The position numbers were made by a program, and so were the translations under genes. This document shows, one piece after another, positions 43,341 to 52,116 of a stretch of DNA of 64,000 nucleotides. The notes beneath the pieces are model-generated. The model saw only the letters and a program-made list of their open reading frames with translations, searched no databases and was not told where the DNA came from. The number at the start of each line of letters is the position of its first letter. Position 1 is the first letter of the stretch. The stretch spans positions 1,886 through 65,885 of the forward strand of contig DATKQJ010000027.1 in the NCBI GenBank assembly GCA_035532785.1, read 5' to 3'. This DNA comes from Candidatus Acidiferrales bacterium (lineage in GTDB: Bacteria > Chloroflexota > Dormibacteria > Dormibacterales > Dormibacteraceae).

Positions 43341-44507
43341 GTGAGTTTAGCCGAGGCCGGGGAGCGGGTGTATCCGCGCTTTACGGCGTTGGAGTTCGAA
43401 CGCCGACACGGTGTCGTCCGCGCGGAGATGGCCTCTGCCGGCCTGTCCGTGCTGGTCGCTTTCGGTAACCGGGCTTCGTCCCACGAGGTCCAGTACCTCT
43501 CCAATTTCCCGGTCACCTTCGACGGGGCGCTGGTCTTCCCACTCGAAGCGGACCCCGTCCTCTTGGTCCGCTACCCCAACCACGTCGCCAATGCCCGCCG
43601 AGTCGGAATCGTGGCCGACGTGCGCCGACTGAGCGATGACGTCTGCTCGAGCGTCGCCTCCACCCTCGTCGAGAGACACCTGGGGGGGCGGATCGGGCTC
43701 GCCGGACCGGTCTCCTACCAGCTCCGCGACGCACTCGCCAGGGAACTGACCGGGGTCGAGTTGGTCGATTTCGGCCCCCGCCTGACCGCGATGCGGCGAG
43801 TCAAGAGCGAGGAAGAGATGGGTTTCATCCGCCGCGGGGCGGCGCTCACCGACCTCGCGCTGGCGGCCCTGGTCAGCGAGGCCCGGGTGGGGATGACCGA
43901 GCACGACCTGGTGGCGATCGTCGAATCCGCCTACCTCTCCCTCGGCGGCACCACCCATATCCATTTCATCGGCTCCACCTCGATGGCCGATCCAGACCTT
44001 TGCGCTCCCGCCCAGACCCCGTCCGGCCGGCGGCTCCGGGCCGGCGACGTGGTCCTGACCGAGATCAGTGCCCAATATCACGGTTACTGGGGGCAGGTGC
44101 TGCGCACCCTGTCGGTGGCCGCCGACCCGATTCCCCGATACCAGCGGATGCACGATCTCGCGGTGGAGGCATTCGAGCGCATCATCGCTCTGATCCAGGC
44201 GGGCACGCGCAGCGAGGTCGTGCTGGACGCCGCCGAGCTCATCCACGACGCCGGCTTCACCATCTACGACGACCTCGTCCACTGTGCGGTGGGCGGTGTC
44301 TACGCGCCCTACCTGCGGACCCGTCGCACGGCGCTCGGGCCAGGATCTTCCTTCACCTTTGACGAGGGGATGGTGATCGTAGTCCAGCCGAACGTGATCA
44401 CCCCGGACGAGCGGAGCGGGGTCCAGTGCGGAGAGATGTTCCGGGTCACCGCGAGCGGAGTAGAACCGCTCCATCGGGCCCCACGCGGTTTCCTGCGACT
44501 GGGCTGA
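43341..44507 (+). CDS. M24 family 'pita-bread' fold protein (creatinase/prolidase-like), degenerate metal site
   Basis: The N-terminal creatinase/prolidase-type domain is followed by GDVVLTEISAQYHGYWGQVLRTL, MVIVVQPNV and QCGEMFRVT. This is the M24 layout with several ligand positions substituted. Confidence 0.8.
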   Translation: MSLAEAGERVYPRFTALEFERRHGVVRAEMASAGLSVLVAFGNRASSHEVQYLSNFPVTFDGALVFPLEADPVLLVRYPNHVANARRVGIVADVRRLSDDVCSSVASTLVERHLGGRIGLAGPVSYQLRDALARELTGVELVDFGPRLTAMRRVKSEEEMGFIRRGAALTDLALAALVSEARVGMTEHDLVAIVESAYLSLGGTTHIHFIGSTSMADPDLCAPAQTPSGRRLRAGDVVLTEISAQYHGYWGQVLRTLSVAADPIPRYQRMHDLAVEAFERIIALIQAGTRSEVVLDAAELIHDAGFTIYDDLVHCAVGGVYAPYLRTRRTALGPGSSFTFDEGMVIVVQPNVITPDERSGVQCGEMFRVTASGVEPLHRAPRGFLRLG

Positions 44508-45085
44508 GCCTTCGCTCGGCGCCGGCTCCCCGAGTGCTCGCTCGCGGTCCTCTGACCAGCGCCCGAGCCTATATAGATCGGATCTGCCCTCCTGGCTACG
44601 GGCGGAACGCGACCCAATTGATGTGAAGCATCCATATGAGGTGCTATTGAAGCAGCTGTCGTCGCGATGCCAGGAGCTTCGGAGCCAGGCGACGCGTCTG
44701 TGAACAAGAATCGAGCGGGCCTGGGGCTTCCCAACAATCTGGAGATTGTTCAGCTGGATCTGGACGGCCCCACGGCGACCGCCCAAATGCCGTGCCCTCG
44801 GCTCCCGCTCCTATAAACGCGCCTCCGCCATCTTCGCGGCAAGCCAGCGCTCCGGCTCGAGGACGGACACGCCACCGCCGATCCGGTCGGTGGCCCATCC
44901 TGCCCCAACACTCGGGAGATACATAACCCTGGTGGGGTTCGGCAATTCCTATTCTTCAGCCGCAGGCTGCGGTTGACCCGATGAGTGTGCGCCCGATCGA
45001 CACTTGAGTTGGTCCGGCCGCCGAGCAGAGAAATTGCCATCTGGCCGGGCACCCCGACCCCATGGACTGCTGCCAGTGGGGCCAG

Positions 45086-45565
45086 TCAGGGTATTGCCCG
45101 AGGCGCCTGACCGCCGTGATCGAGCAACCCCGTCACGCGGTCCAGGAACCCGCCCACCGAGGATTCCGCCAGTTTATGTAGAACGGCCTGATCGATGGAG
45201 GCGCCCAGCCTGCCCCCCGGGGGTGAGTACCGAGCGTCGAGGCGGAGACTGCATCCCGCCGGCTGGCGGCGTTCCAGGCGAAGGTGCCCCTCAAGCTCGG
45301 GATACAACTCAGCATGTCGGGCTGCCCGCCATTGAATGCGCACCGTCACCCCGTAGGCGTACCGCTCGACATTGCCGGTGGTGACCACGATGCGCCGCCG
45401 AATTCGGCGCCCGGCCTGCTCGACTGAAATTTCAGCCGTGTTTGCCTGGCCCTGACGCGTGAACCCGGGCAACCATTCTTGCGGCCCCGCCCGAAGCACG
45501 CTCTCCAGAGTTTCATAGGGCCCGCTCAGGACCCGAAGCAGATGAAGTTCAAACCCCTCCCGCAC
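45086..45565 (-). CDS. hypothetical protein (159 aa; possibly SRPBCC-like)
   Basis: The ORF has balanced amino-acid composition, unlike surrounding shadow ORFs, and a GTG start. No motif recognised with certainty. Confidence 0.45.
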   Translation of the reverse strand: MREGFELHLLRVLSGPYETLESVLRAGPQEWLPGFTRQGQANTAEISVEQAGRRIRRRIVVTTGNVERYAYGVTVRIQWRAARHAELYPELEGHLRLERRQPAGCSLRLDARYSPPGGRLGASIDQAVLHKLAESSVGGFLDRVTGLLDHGGQAPRAIP

Positions 45566-45730
45566 AATCTCAGCCTACCCCGTCGCGCATGCTCCAAATG
45601 CCAGCCCAGTTGCAAGCGCACGCTGGGCCCGGACACTCCCCGGGGGCTTGGGACGCCGAGAGTCGGGGGGAGATTGGAAGCCGACCCGGGAAATCGGGAA
45701 GCCCCCGCTGCGGCCCGAGGCAGCGCCGCC

Positions 45731-46915
45731 TCAACTCATCCCGCCGGGGCCCCGGCGGGGTCGCCGGGAGGATGGCCACAGCGGTGAGAACCAGGAGATG
45801 GCCATCCAGATGGCAACGGCGACCCAGGCCGCCGCGGCCAGCCAGATCTCGATCCGAGCAATATCGCCCAAGAGCAGGAGCCGTGCCGCGCGGCCGTAAT
45901 CATCGGTTGCCACTGCGTACATGCCGAGGGGAAACACCATGCTCCAGAGGGTCTCCTCGAATTTTGGAGCGGACAGCTTCGCGTATCGCCAGATCGTGAG
46001 CAGGATCAGGAAGGGGAACCACCAGGTTCCAAAGGCCCACAGGAAGAGGGTCATGCCCTCGACGGTTGAGCGCGCGGCGAGCAGCGAGGGGAGGTACTGC
46101 GGCAGTCGAAGCAGTGTTGAGCCGGCCACCACGGTGATTGCGGTTGCTCCCATGGTGATCCAGTAGGGAGGCGTCGCATGGACCGGATCAAGGGGCGCCA
46201 GGACCAGTCGAGCCAGGATGATGCCCATCAGGAGCAGGTAGAGGAGGGCGCCAAAGGCCCACAGTGAGACCGCCACCAGAGCCACCAGTCGGGCCTCCAG
46301 ACCCAGGCTCAGGCCGAGGGTCGAGACGGCAACGGACACCGATTGGGTGCCGACCACCCAGATCAGCCAGGTCCCGTTCACCGCCGCTGGGGGAGCCGGC
46401 TTGACCGCGGCCAGCACCACCCGGGCCAGGATGCCGTAGGCCAGCAGCAGCCAGGCCGCTGCTGCCACCACCGCCAGGCCCGCGGCGAGATCTTTGAGCC
46501 CGGCCGAATCGAGCCTCAAAGCGAGCACATTCGAGCCGGCCACGAAAGTGAAGAAGGCGAAGGCGCGCTCGGGCCGGGCGGTGTCGGCCCACATCTGGCG
46601 GGGGAACCACACTCCGCGCAGCACAAAGAGCACGCAGAGGACCAGGTAGCCCAGCCCGGCGATGGCCAGCAGCCCCAACGACAACGGCTGCTGACCGAAC
46701 CGAGCCAGCGCGATGGACATGATTCCGGTCGCCATGACGAAGGCGAACGAGCCGGGGGCCAGGTCGGACAGGCGGCGGCCAAGTCGCTCTCGCGAAAGCA
46801 GCCGGGCGGAAGCTGGTAAAGCTTCCGCGGGGGCGGGCGCTCCCGGCTTGGATTGGGGCTCCCGCGGGCTCAAGCCAGCCTCGTCAACGGCGCCGCCGAC
46901 GACGGCGAGCACCAC
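45731..46915 (-). CDS. TDT family transporter (tellurite-resistance/C4-dicarboxylate, TehA/SLAC1-like)
   Basis: About 10 TM helices. LAPGSFAFVMATGIMSIA near the first helix is characteristic of TehA/Mae1-type proteins. An N-terminal ~45-aa hydrophilic extension makes the start uncertain. Confidence 0.75.
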   Translation of the reverse strand: MVLAVVGGAVDEAGLSPREPQSKPGAPAPAEALPASARLLSRERLGRRLSDLAPGSFAFVMATGIMSIALARFGQQPLSLGLLAIAGLGYLVLCVLFVLRGVWFPRQMWADTARPERAFAFFTFVAGSNVLALRLDSAGLKDLAAGLAVVAAAAWLLLAYGILARVVLAAVKPAPPAAVNGTWLIWVVGTQSVSVAVSTLGLSLGLEARLVALVAVSLWAFGALLYLLLMGIILARLVLAPLDPVHATPPYWITMGATAITVVAGSTLLRLPQYLPSLLAARSTVEGMTLFLWAFGTWWFPFLILLTIWRYAKLSAPKFEETLWSMVFPLGMYAVATDDYGRAARLLLLGDIARIEIWLAAAAWVAVAIWMAISWFSPLWPSSRRPRRGPGGMS

Positions 46916-47275
46916 TCACAATCCGGCGCCGGGAGTAACGCCACGCCCGGACCCCAGATAACCAGAGGCCGCTGCCAGCAGTCGACCCCGCCCGTCAGGA
47001 TCGTCGCTCCAGCCAATCCCGGCCTCGTCCAACTTCAGATCGACCAGGCTGGCGGCAACTCCTCACCTCGCCAAATGTTAGTTTGTCGTCTTTTGGAAAG
47101 TGGGATGGGGCGGGAGCCAAGCCCAGGGATCCAATCGGTGGTCGGTTTTCGTTCGAGGTGACGGTGCGGGCGGGGGCCACTCGGAAGCTGGCCACCTGAC
47201 CGCCTCGTGAAGGGGAAGGCGCATGCTGGAGAGGGACCAAAGAATGGGTCAACGAAACCGCCCAGGAGGTGCGTG

Positions 47276-47761
47276 ATGAGAATCAACTACGGCACGGAGA
47301 TGCCCGAGGCGCAGGAGGCGATGATCCACCTGCAGCATGTGGTTGAGGGCAGCGGACTGGAGCCAGGGCTGCTGGAACTGGTGAAGATTCGCGCCTCTCA
47401 GATCAATGGCTGCGCCTTCTGCCTCGACATGCACACCAAGGACGCCCTCGCCATCGGCGAAGAGCCTCAGCGTTTGCATTTGCTCGCTGCCTGGAGGGAG
47501 GCGCCCGGCTTCACGGTTCGAGAGAGGGCCGCGCTGGCGTGGTGTGAGAGCCTGACCCTCATAGCCGATACGGGGGCTCCGGACGCCACCTACGAGGAGG
47601 TCGCCGCGCGGTTCTCGCCGCGCGAGATGGTCGCCCTGACGACCGCCATCATCGTCATCAACGGTTGGAACCGGCTTGCGGTCGGTTTCCGTTCCCCGGT
47701 CGGGTCTTATCGCTCCAAGCGCCAACCGGCCCACCTGACTGAAGTTCCCACACACCAATGA
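47276..47761 (+). CDS. carboxymuconolactone decarboxylase family protein (AhpD-like alkylhydroperoxidase core)
   Basis: ATG 47276 follows AGGAGG. ELVKIRASQINGCAFCLDMHTKDA contains the AhpD-type CxxC...H motif. Confidence 0.85.
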   Translation: MRINYGTEMPEAQEAMIHLQHVVEGSGLEPGLLELVKIRASQINGCAFCLDMHTKDALAIGEEPQRLHLLAAWREAPGFTVRERAALAWCESLTLIADTGAPDATYEEVAARFSPREMVALTTAIIVINGWNRLAVGFRSPVGSYRSKRQPAHLTEVPTHQ

Positions 47762-48453
47762 GAGTGGTTCATCCAGCATCGATGGCCTCCTGGATCTACG
47801 CTGGCGCCCTCAGCCGATGGACGGCGGCTAGCTCGTCGCCCTGCGCGAAGAGGGGCTGATGACCGCAAGCCCTCGGGCGAGAGCTTGAGCTCGGACCTGG
47901 AGATGCGCTCCGGCAGCCTCGGGCCGGAGATCTCGCAGCGGTTCTTGAGGCGAGGAGTTTGTTGGACTACCGGCTGGTGCAACCGGTGCCTCATCCCCCG
48001 CCGGTGGGGACAGAGTTCCGGGTAGACCTCGGTGTAGGTCGCTCGAGAAGGTGACCTACGTTTCGGGATCCGGCGCCATCGCGGAGGCTGACCCTGGGCC
48101 ATCGCTCCCCCGTGGCCACCCTGGCCCGGGTCGTCACCCCGCCCACCGCGCTCCCAACGCCCTGGCGCTGAGGGGAATCGGACACACGGGGACCCCGGCC
48201 GTTCGCTGGCCCCCAGCGTGAGCGACGCTCCCGATTGGTTCTGTGAGTCCTCCGGGTTAAGGCCTGAGCGGAGGGCGCTGTGGATGCCTGGCCCCAGCCG
48301 CGGGCGTGGCCATCCGGACGTTCGGGGGCGCGTTGAAAAAAAGGCCTGAAATGGCAACCGCCGCCGCCGACTCGGATGCGGATAATGGAGTGGGCCCGAA
48401 CGTACGCAGGCGGCGGGCCCTCCGCTGTCGTCAGATGGAAGTCGAGTGGAGGG

Positions 48454-51400
48454 ATGGTGCCGGATCTGAAAAACTCGTTGCTCAAGGCCCACCAATTCTT
48501 CCGCCAGGGACCCGTATCGGCCGAGGGCTGGAGCGAGCTGGTGGCCAAGGACCGGGATTGGGAGTCGTTCTACCGGGACCGATGGCAGCACGACAAGGTG
48601 GTGCGCTCCACGCATGGCGTCAACTGCACCGGCTCCTGCTCCTGGAACGTCTACGTCAAGGACGGCCTTATCACCTGGGAGTCACAGGCGGTTGACTACC
48701 CCTCGGTGGGACCCGACATGCCCGAGTACGAGCCGCGCGGCTGCCCCCGAGGAGCCTCCTTCTCCTGGTACACCTACTCGCCCCTGAGGGTCAAGTACCC
48801 CTACGTACGGGGCAGCCTGCTGAAGATGTACCGGGAGGCTCTGATCCAGCATCCGGATCCTGTCGACGCCTGGGCCTCGATCGTCGAGGATCCCGAGCGC
48901 TCGGCACTTTACAAGTCGCAGCGCGGCAAGGGTGGTTTCGTGCGGGCGAGCTGGCAGGAGGCGCGGGAGATGGTCGCCGCCGCCCACGTTCATACGATCA
49001 AGAAGTACGGCCCCGATCGGGTCGCCGGGTTCTCCCCGATACCCGCCATGTCGCAGGTCTCTTACGCGGCCGGGACCCGATTCTTGTCGCTTATCGGTGG
49101 GGTCATCCTCAGCTTCTACGACTGGTATGCGGACTTGCCACCGGCTTCACCACAGGTCTTCGGCGACCAGACCGACGTGCCCGAATCGGGCGATTGGTGG
49201 AACGCCGGCTACCTGATCATCTGGGGTACCAACCTGCCCATCACGCGCACCCCCGACGCCCACTTCATGACCGAGGCCCGCTACCGAGGACAGAAGGTGG
49301 TCGTGGTGTCGCCCGACTACTCCGACCACACCAAGTTTGCGGACGATTGGCTGCCCGCCCAACCCGGCACCGACGGTGCCTTGGCCATGGCCATGGGGCA
49401 CGTGATCCTGAAGGAGTTCTACGTCGAGCGCGAGGTGCCCTACTTCCAGGATTACGCGCGCCGCTTCACCGACCTGCCCCTCCTCGTCACACTGCGCGAG
49501 CGAGAGGGGGCGTACGTGCCAGACCGATTCCTGCGCGCCTCCGACATTGGATCAGCGGAGGAGCACGCCGACTGGAAGACGGTCGTGTTCGACGAGGTGA
49601 CGCAGGCTCCGGCGGTGCTCAACGGTTCGGTCGGGCACCGCTACGGGCAGGAGGCGGGAAGGTGGAACCTCAAACTGGGGGCGGTGCGGCCGACGCTGAG
49701 CCTGTACGGCCAGGGCGGAGATGCGGCGCTGGTTGAGCTCCCGCGCTTCGACGTCGGCGACACCGAGGGGGGCGCTTCATTGTCACGGGGGGTGCCGACC
49801 CTGAGCATCGGTGGCCAACTCGTCACCACCGTCTTCGATCTCCTTCTGGCCAACTACGGGGTGAGCCGCGCCGGATTGCCCGGCCAGTGGCCCTCCGGAT
49901 ACGAGGACTCGGCTCCCTACACACCCGCCTGGCAGGAGGAGGTGACGTCGGTCGATGCCCGGCTCGCGACCAAGATCGCGCGCGAGTTCGCTCGCAACGC
50001 CGAGCTCACCGGCGGCAGATCGATGATCTGCATGGGGGCGGGAACCAATCATTGGTTTCACTCCGACCTCATCTACCGCAGCTTCCTGTCGCTGCTGACG
50101 CTGTGCGGGTGTCAGGGCGTGAACGGCGGAGGTTGGGCCCACTACGTCGGACAGGAGAAGGTTCGGCCCCTGACCGGCTGGCAGACGATGGCCTTCGCGC
50201 TCGACTGGGTCCGCCCCCCCCGCCACCAGGAGAGCACGCCCTGGTTCTATCTGATGACCGATCAATGGCGGTACGAGGCCTTCAGCGCCGAGGATCTGTC
50301 CTCCCCCCTGGGGCGTGGGCTCTTTCGGGGACGCCAGTTCGCCGATTGCAACGCGCTGGCGGTTCGCCTGGGATGGATGCCGTTCTACCCGAGCTTCGAT
50401 CGCAGCCCCCTGAGCGTGGTCGAGGAGGCGGAGAAATCCGGCACCGAGGTCGAAGAGTTCGTGGTCGAGGAGTTGAAGCAGGGTCGGCTCCACTTCGCGG
50501 CCGAAGACCCCGATGCGCCTCAGAACTGGCCGCGCGTTCTAACCGTGTGGCGCTCCAACCTGCTCGGATCATCCGGCAAGGGCCACGAATACTTCTTGAA
50601 ACACCTCCTGGGTACCACCGACCCCGCCGTGCGGGCGCCGGAGACGCCCCCCGAGCTCAGGCCTGAGGAGGTGGTCTGGCGGCAAGAGGCGCCGGTCGGG
50701 AAGCTCGATCTGCTGACCTCGATCGATTTTCGAATGACCTCCAACTGCCTCTTCTCGGACGTGGTGCTTCCGGCCGCCACCTGGTACGAGAAGTACGACA
50801 TCTCCTCGACCGACATGCACCCCTTTGTGCACTCCTTCAACCAGGCCATCCCGCCTCCCTGGGAGGCGAAGAGTGACTGGGATGCATTCAACCTGATCGC
50901 CGAGGACTTTTCGCGGCTGGCTGCAGGCCACCTGGGGGTCAGGAGGGACCTGATCGCCGCGCCTCTACTCCATGACACGCCGGATGAGATCGCACAGCCG
51001 ATGGGACGGGTTCTGGACTGGAAGGCGGGCGAGGTGGAGCCGATTCCGGGCCGGACCATGCCCAAGCTGGTGGTGGTTGAGCGCGACTACGCCGCCATCG
51101 CCGAAAAGATGAAGGCGGTGGGTCCGCTCTTGGACGAGCAGGGGAGCAGGATCAAGGGAGCCAGCTGGAAACCGACCGAGGAGATCGACTACCTCGCCCG
51201 CAAGCACGGGGTCGTCCGGGGAGGCGCGGCCGATGGCCGACCCCGCCTGGACCGGGCCGAGCAGGTCGCCGAAGCAATCCTGGTCCTTTCCGGAACCACC
51301 AACGGCCGCCTGGCGGTGGAGGGTTTCCGCTCCCTCGAGAAGCTGACCGGCCTGGAGCTGGCCGATCTGGCGCAGCCGAGGGAGGGAGACCGGATCAGCT

Positions 51401-52116
51401 TTGAGGACACCCAGGTCCAGCCCCGGACTGTGATCACGTCCCCGGAATGGTCTGGAATTGAGTCCCACGAGCGACGCTACTCGCCCTTCACCATCAATGT
51501 CGAGCGCGACAAGCCCTGGCACACCCTCAGTGGGCGCCAGCACTTTTACCTCGATCACGAGTGGATGCTGGAGCTTGGGGAAGGGCTACCGATCTTCAAA
51601 CCGCCGTTGCATTACGGTCGAGCCTATGGCGACCAGACCACCGGCGAGGCGGGGCGGCTGGAGATCACGCTCCGCTACCTGACTCCGCACTCCAAGTGGT
51701 CGATCCACTCCGAATACCAGGACAACATCCACATGCTGACCCTGTTTCGGGGCGGACCGGTGATCTGGCTCAGCCAGGAGGACGCGGCCACCATCGAAGT
51801 CAAGGACAACGATTGGGTGGAGGCGTTCAACCGCAACGGCGTCATATCCTGCCGGGCGGTGGTGACGCACCGCGTGCCCAAGGGGGTTTGCCTCATGTAC
51901 CACGCCAAAGACCGGCACCTGAACGTGCCCCTGACCGAGCTCCTCGGGAACCGGGGTGGCACAGACAATTCGCTGACTCGAATCGTCTGGAAGCCGACCC
52001 ATCTCATCGGCGGCTACGCACAACTCTCCTTCGGCTTCAACTACTACGGCCCCACCGGGTCCCAGCGCGATGAGTTGACGGTGATCCGCAAGCGCCAGTC
52101 GAAGGTGGTGTTCTAG
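48454..52116 (+). CDS. narG: respiratory nitrate reductase alpha subunit
   Basis: RDWESFYRDRWQHDKVVRSTHGVNCTGSCSWNVYVKDGLITWESQ is the H-x3-C-x3-C FS0 motif and the conserved NarG N-terminus. About 1220 aa of Mo-bisPGD enzyme follow. ATG 48454 was chosen because the upstream part of the track ORF has no NarG-like sequence. Confidence 0.97.
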   Translation: MVPDLKNSLLKAHQFFRQGPVSAEGWSELVAKDRDWESFYRDRWQHDKVVRSTHGVNCTGSCSWNVYVKDGLITWESQAVDYPSVGPDMPEYEPRGCPRGASFSWYTYSPLRVKYPYVRGSLLKMYREALIQHPDPVDAWASIVEDPERSALYKSQRGKGGFVRASWQEAREMVAAAHVHTIKKYGPDRVAGFSPIPAMSQVSYAAGTRFLSLIGGVILSFYDWYADLPPASPQVFGDQTDVPESGDWWNAGYLIIWGTNLPITRTPDAHFMTEARYRGQKVVVVSPDYSDHTKFADDWLPAQPGTDGALAMAMGHVILKEFYVEREVPYFQDYARRFTDLPLLVTLREREGAYVPDRFLRASDIGSAEEHADWKTVVFDEVTQAPAVLNGSVGHRYGQEAGRWNLKLGAVRPTLSLYGQGGDAALVELPRFDVGDTEGGASLSRGVPTLSIGGQLVTTVFDLLLANYGVSRAGLPGQWPSGYEDSAPYTPAWQEEVTSVDARLATKIAREFARNAELTGGRSMICMGAGTNHWFHSDLIYRSFLSLLTLCGCQGVNGGGWAHYVGQEKVRPLTGWQTMAFALDWVRPPRHQESTPWFYLMTDQWRYEAFSAEDLSSPLGRGLFRGRQFADCNALAVRLGWMPFYPSFDRSPLSVVEEAEKSGTEVEEFVVEELKQGRLHFAAEDPDAPQNWPRVLTVWRSNLLGSSGKGHEYFLKHLLGTTDPAVRAPETPPELRPEEVVWRQEAPVGKLDLLTSIDFRMTSNCLFSDVVLPAATWYEKYDISSTDMHPFVHSFNQAIPPPWEAKSDWDAFNLIAEDFSRLAAGHLGVRRDLIAAPLLHDTPDEIAQPMGRVLDWKAGEVEPIPGRTMPKLVVVERDYAAIAEKMKAVGPLLDEQGSRIKGASWKPTEEIDYLARKHGVVRGGAADGRPRLDRAEQVAEAILVLSGTTNGRLAVEGFRSLEKLTGLELADLAQPREGDRISFEDTQVQPRTVITSPEWSGIESHERRYSPFTINVERDKPWHTLSGRQHFYLDHEWMLELGEGLPIFKPPLHYGRAYGDQTTGEAGRLEITLRYLTPHSKWSIHSEYQDNIHMLTLFRGGPVIWLSQEDAATIEVKDNDWVEAFNRNGVISCRAVVTHRVPKGVCLMYHAKDRHLNVPLTELLGNRGGTDNSLTRIVWKPTHLIGGYAQLSFGFNYYGPTGSQRDELTVIRKRQSKVVF

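Noticed and set aside
41944-44786. Two long minus-strand ORFs (41944..43320, 43347..44786)
   Set aside because: They are antisense to the two M24 genes, whose motifs are clear on the plus strand. The translations are Arg/Gly/Asp/Val-rich without motifs.
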